Of a DNA stretch of 64,000 nucleotides, positions 62,278 to 64,000 are shown in pieces (position 1 is the stretch's first letter; every line of letters begins with the position of its first letter). Origin of the DNA: Camelus ferus. Taxonomy: Eukaryota. The translations under genes and the position numbers were made by a program. Under the pieces are notes generated by a model that ran no database searches, was not told the DNA's origin, and saw only the letters and a program-made list of their open reading frames with translations. The stretch lies in the NCBI RefSeq assembly GCF_009834535.1, contig NC_045697.1, positions 94,676,001-94,740,000 on the forward strand, written 5' to 3'.

Positions 62278-62602
62278 GTTGTATGTGGTTTCCTCTTGAC
62301 ATTATCACAGTTATTTATTATCATTTTTCTTCCAGGTTAAATTTCATTTCTGTATTTTTTTCCCTTAGAATTCACTCATGTCTAACATGATTAGATTTCC
62401 TTTTTACATCATCTTTTAACATCATCTTGTCCAATCTCATTTCTAAATTTTTCTAACGTAGATTGATACTGTTTTTCATAATTCCTAACATTTTCTCTAA
62501 ACTTCTAGTTAATTTTGCAAGAGTAAGGTAAAATTTTTATCTGTTTTCTGTGCATGTCTTTTGAGCATGCTTTTATTGTAAGAATGTTATCCTGTTTCTT
62601 AT

Positions 62603-62966
62603 TATTGAGGACTAAATTGCATCATCACCCCCAATTTGCATGTTCAAGTCTTAACTTCCAGTACCTCAGAATGTGACAATATTTAGGGATTGGTTCCTTA
62701 AAGTAAAATGAGGTCACTAGGGTGGGTATTAAACCAATATGACCCGTGTTCTTATACAAAGAAGAGGTTAGGACATAGATGCAGAGGGAAGACCATGTAA
62801 AGACAGAAAGAAGACAACCATGTACAAGCCAGGGAGAAAGGTCTCAGAAGAAATCTACCCTGCTGGCAGCTTAATCTCAAACTTCTAGCCTCGCAGAACT
62901 ATAAGGAAATAAATTTTGGTTTAAACTACCCAGTCTGTCTTACTTTGTAATGGCAGTCATAGCAAT
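62603..62966 (+). mobile_element. MLT1A/B MaLR LTR, near full length
   Basis: ccagtacctcagaatgtgac...aaatgaggtcactagggtggg...aagccagggagaaagg...cttctagcctc..agaactataaggaaataaat...tactttgtaatggcag. Confidence 0.9.
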
Positions 62967-64000
62967 TGTTCTCTTTTTTTTCTGAGAAAGTCACTGTAGG
63001 GGACTAAATTTTACCTTTGTTAATTAGTCTTGGAAAATGAGTTTTCCTACTGTTTTCATGGGAGGACAGACCAGGATAACCTTCCTGTTTTGATGGGAAT
63101 GGCTCCCTGTCCTAATGTCACAGAAAAAAATTTTAGTGTCTTTATGTTTTCTGACATCTTTAGTCATTGTGGTCTTCCTCTATTTTTATATGTTGCTTTT
63201 GTTTCCTTTGCCCTAATGTCCCTAACATGCTCAATTTAGAGTCTAGTCATAAGATTTTTTTCCTCAGTGCATGACTTTGGTCAGAAAGGAAGATTTTATT
63301 GTTGACTTTCAAGAGTCATAGGGTCTAGACTGCCTCAGAACTGACTCCTTTGACTAGTCCCCTCTATTCAATTGTAAATCAAAACCTGTGAACCATTCAA
63401 CTGCTCCATCTTAAAGAGTCAGTTGCGTTTGGTCTGACAAAATTTCATGTGAAGTGCAGACATAAATATTTTCACTTTCCCCACTTCAAGGCTCTCAGAA
63501 CTCTCTTTATCTCCTTTTTAATATTTCTGCATAGATGCTGATTCCACAGGTACCTGTTTACTAAGGGGTCATAATTACTCCATTTTGGTTGGATATTAAA
63601 GGAAATTGAAAAACTATGTAGCAACCACCATCCTGCTGCCAGCCTAAAGTGTGTCTGCTTGGCTACTTTAATTAATGTTCCTAAACCCAGTGAAGTATAA
63701 AAATACAATGGTGGACCCCCTCACACATTTATAAGATTACTATGGAAGGGACTATACTTATTTGTACCTTGAAAATATACTTTCCTCCCCCATTTCTATT
63801 TTCTGCATAATTCTAACTTCCTGTTCATTCAGTTCATTGCATTAGCAACATAACTGATCCACTTTCCAACATTTTGCCCTTTTTTGTTCCATTGTTCTCT
63901 CTTGTACCCTTGCAAGATTGTGCACCCCTAGCAGGTACTATAAGACTAATGGCTGATTAATTATGGTACATATGTTAGGACCAGTGAATCCAAGATCAGA

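Larger units (their letters stand above)
60300..62590 (-). mobile_element. Ancient L1M/HAL1 fragments (EN and ORF1 region)
   Basis: T-rich; tttctagttttattg...tcagagaat, tttatcttttcagataccaagat, tgttgaaaagtttgatgtcaatctgatt. Confidence 0.6.

Overview
AT-rich, CpG-depleted mammalian genomic DNA, most likely camelid (camel/alpaca lineage): a tRNA-derived Vic-1-type SINE with target-site duplications lies at 61619-61750. I cannot support any protein-coding exon, RNA gene, CpG island or prokaryotic-type system. The recognisable ORFs come from L1, LTRs or microsatellites, and the rest resemble nothing I recognise. The window reads as intergenic or deep-intronic sequence layered with L1/HAL1, L2, MIR, probable CR1/L3, hAT and Tigger DNA transposons, MaLR/ERVL/ERV1 LTRs and simple repeats. 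The most interesting structures visible in the sequence are: (1) an ~630-bp micro-inversion (~6915-7545) that splits an MLT2 LTR and its host L1 endonuclease region; (2) a fossil ERV-L provirus (LTR plus integrase) interrupted by two younger solo LTRs with intact 4-bp TSDs; (3) an LTR nested in an LTR, carrying a 3x32-bp tandem array; (4) a perfect 15-bp hairpin at an LTR terminus; (5) a 54-bp tandem duplication; (6) repeat-free, motif-dense blocks and splice-signal-bounded segments that could be enhancers or lncRNA exons. I did not find a convincing novel biological system. Family names come from recalled consensus sequences, not a database search, and boundaries of old repeats are approximate.
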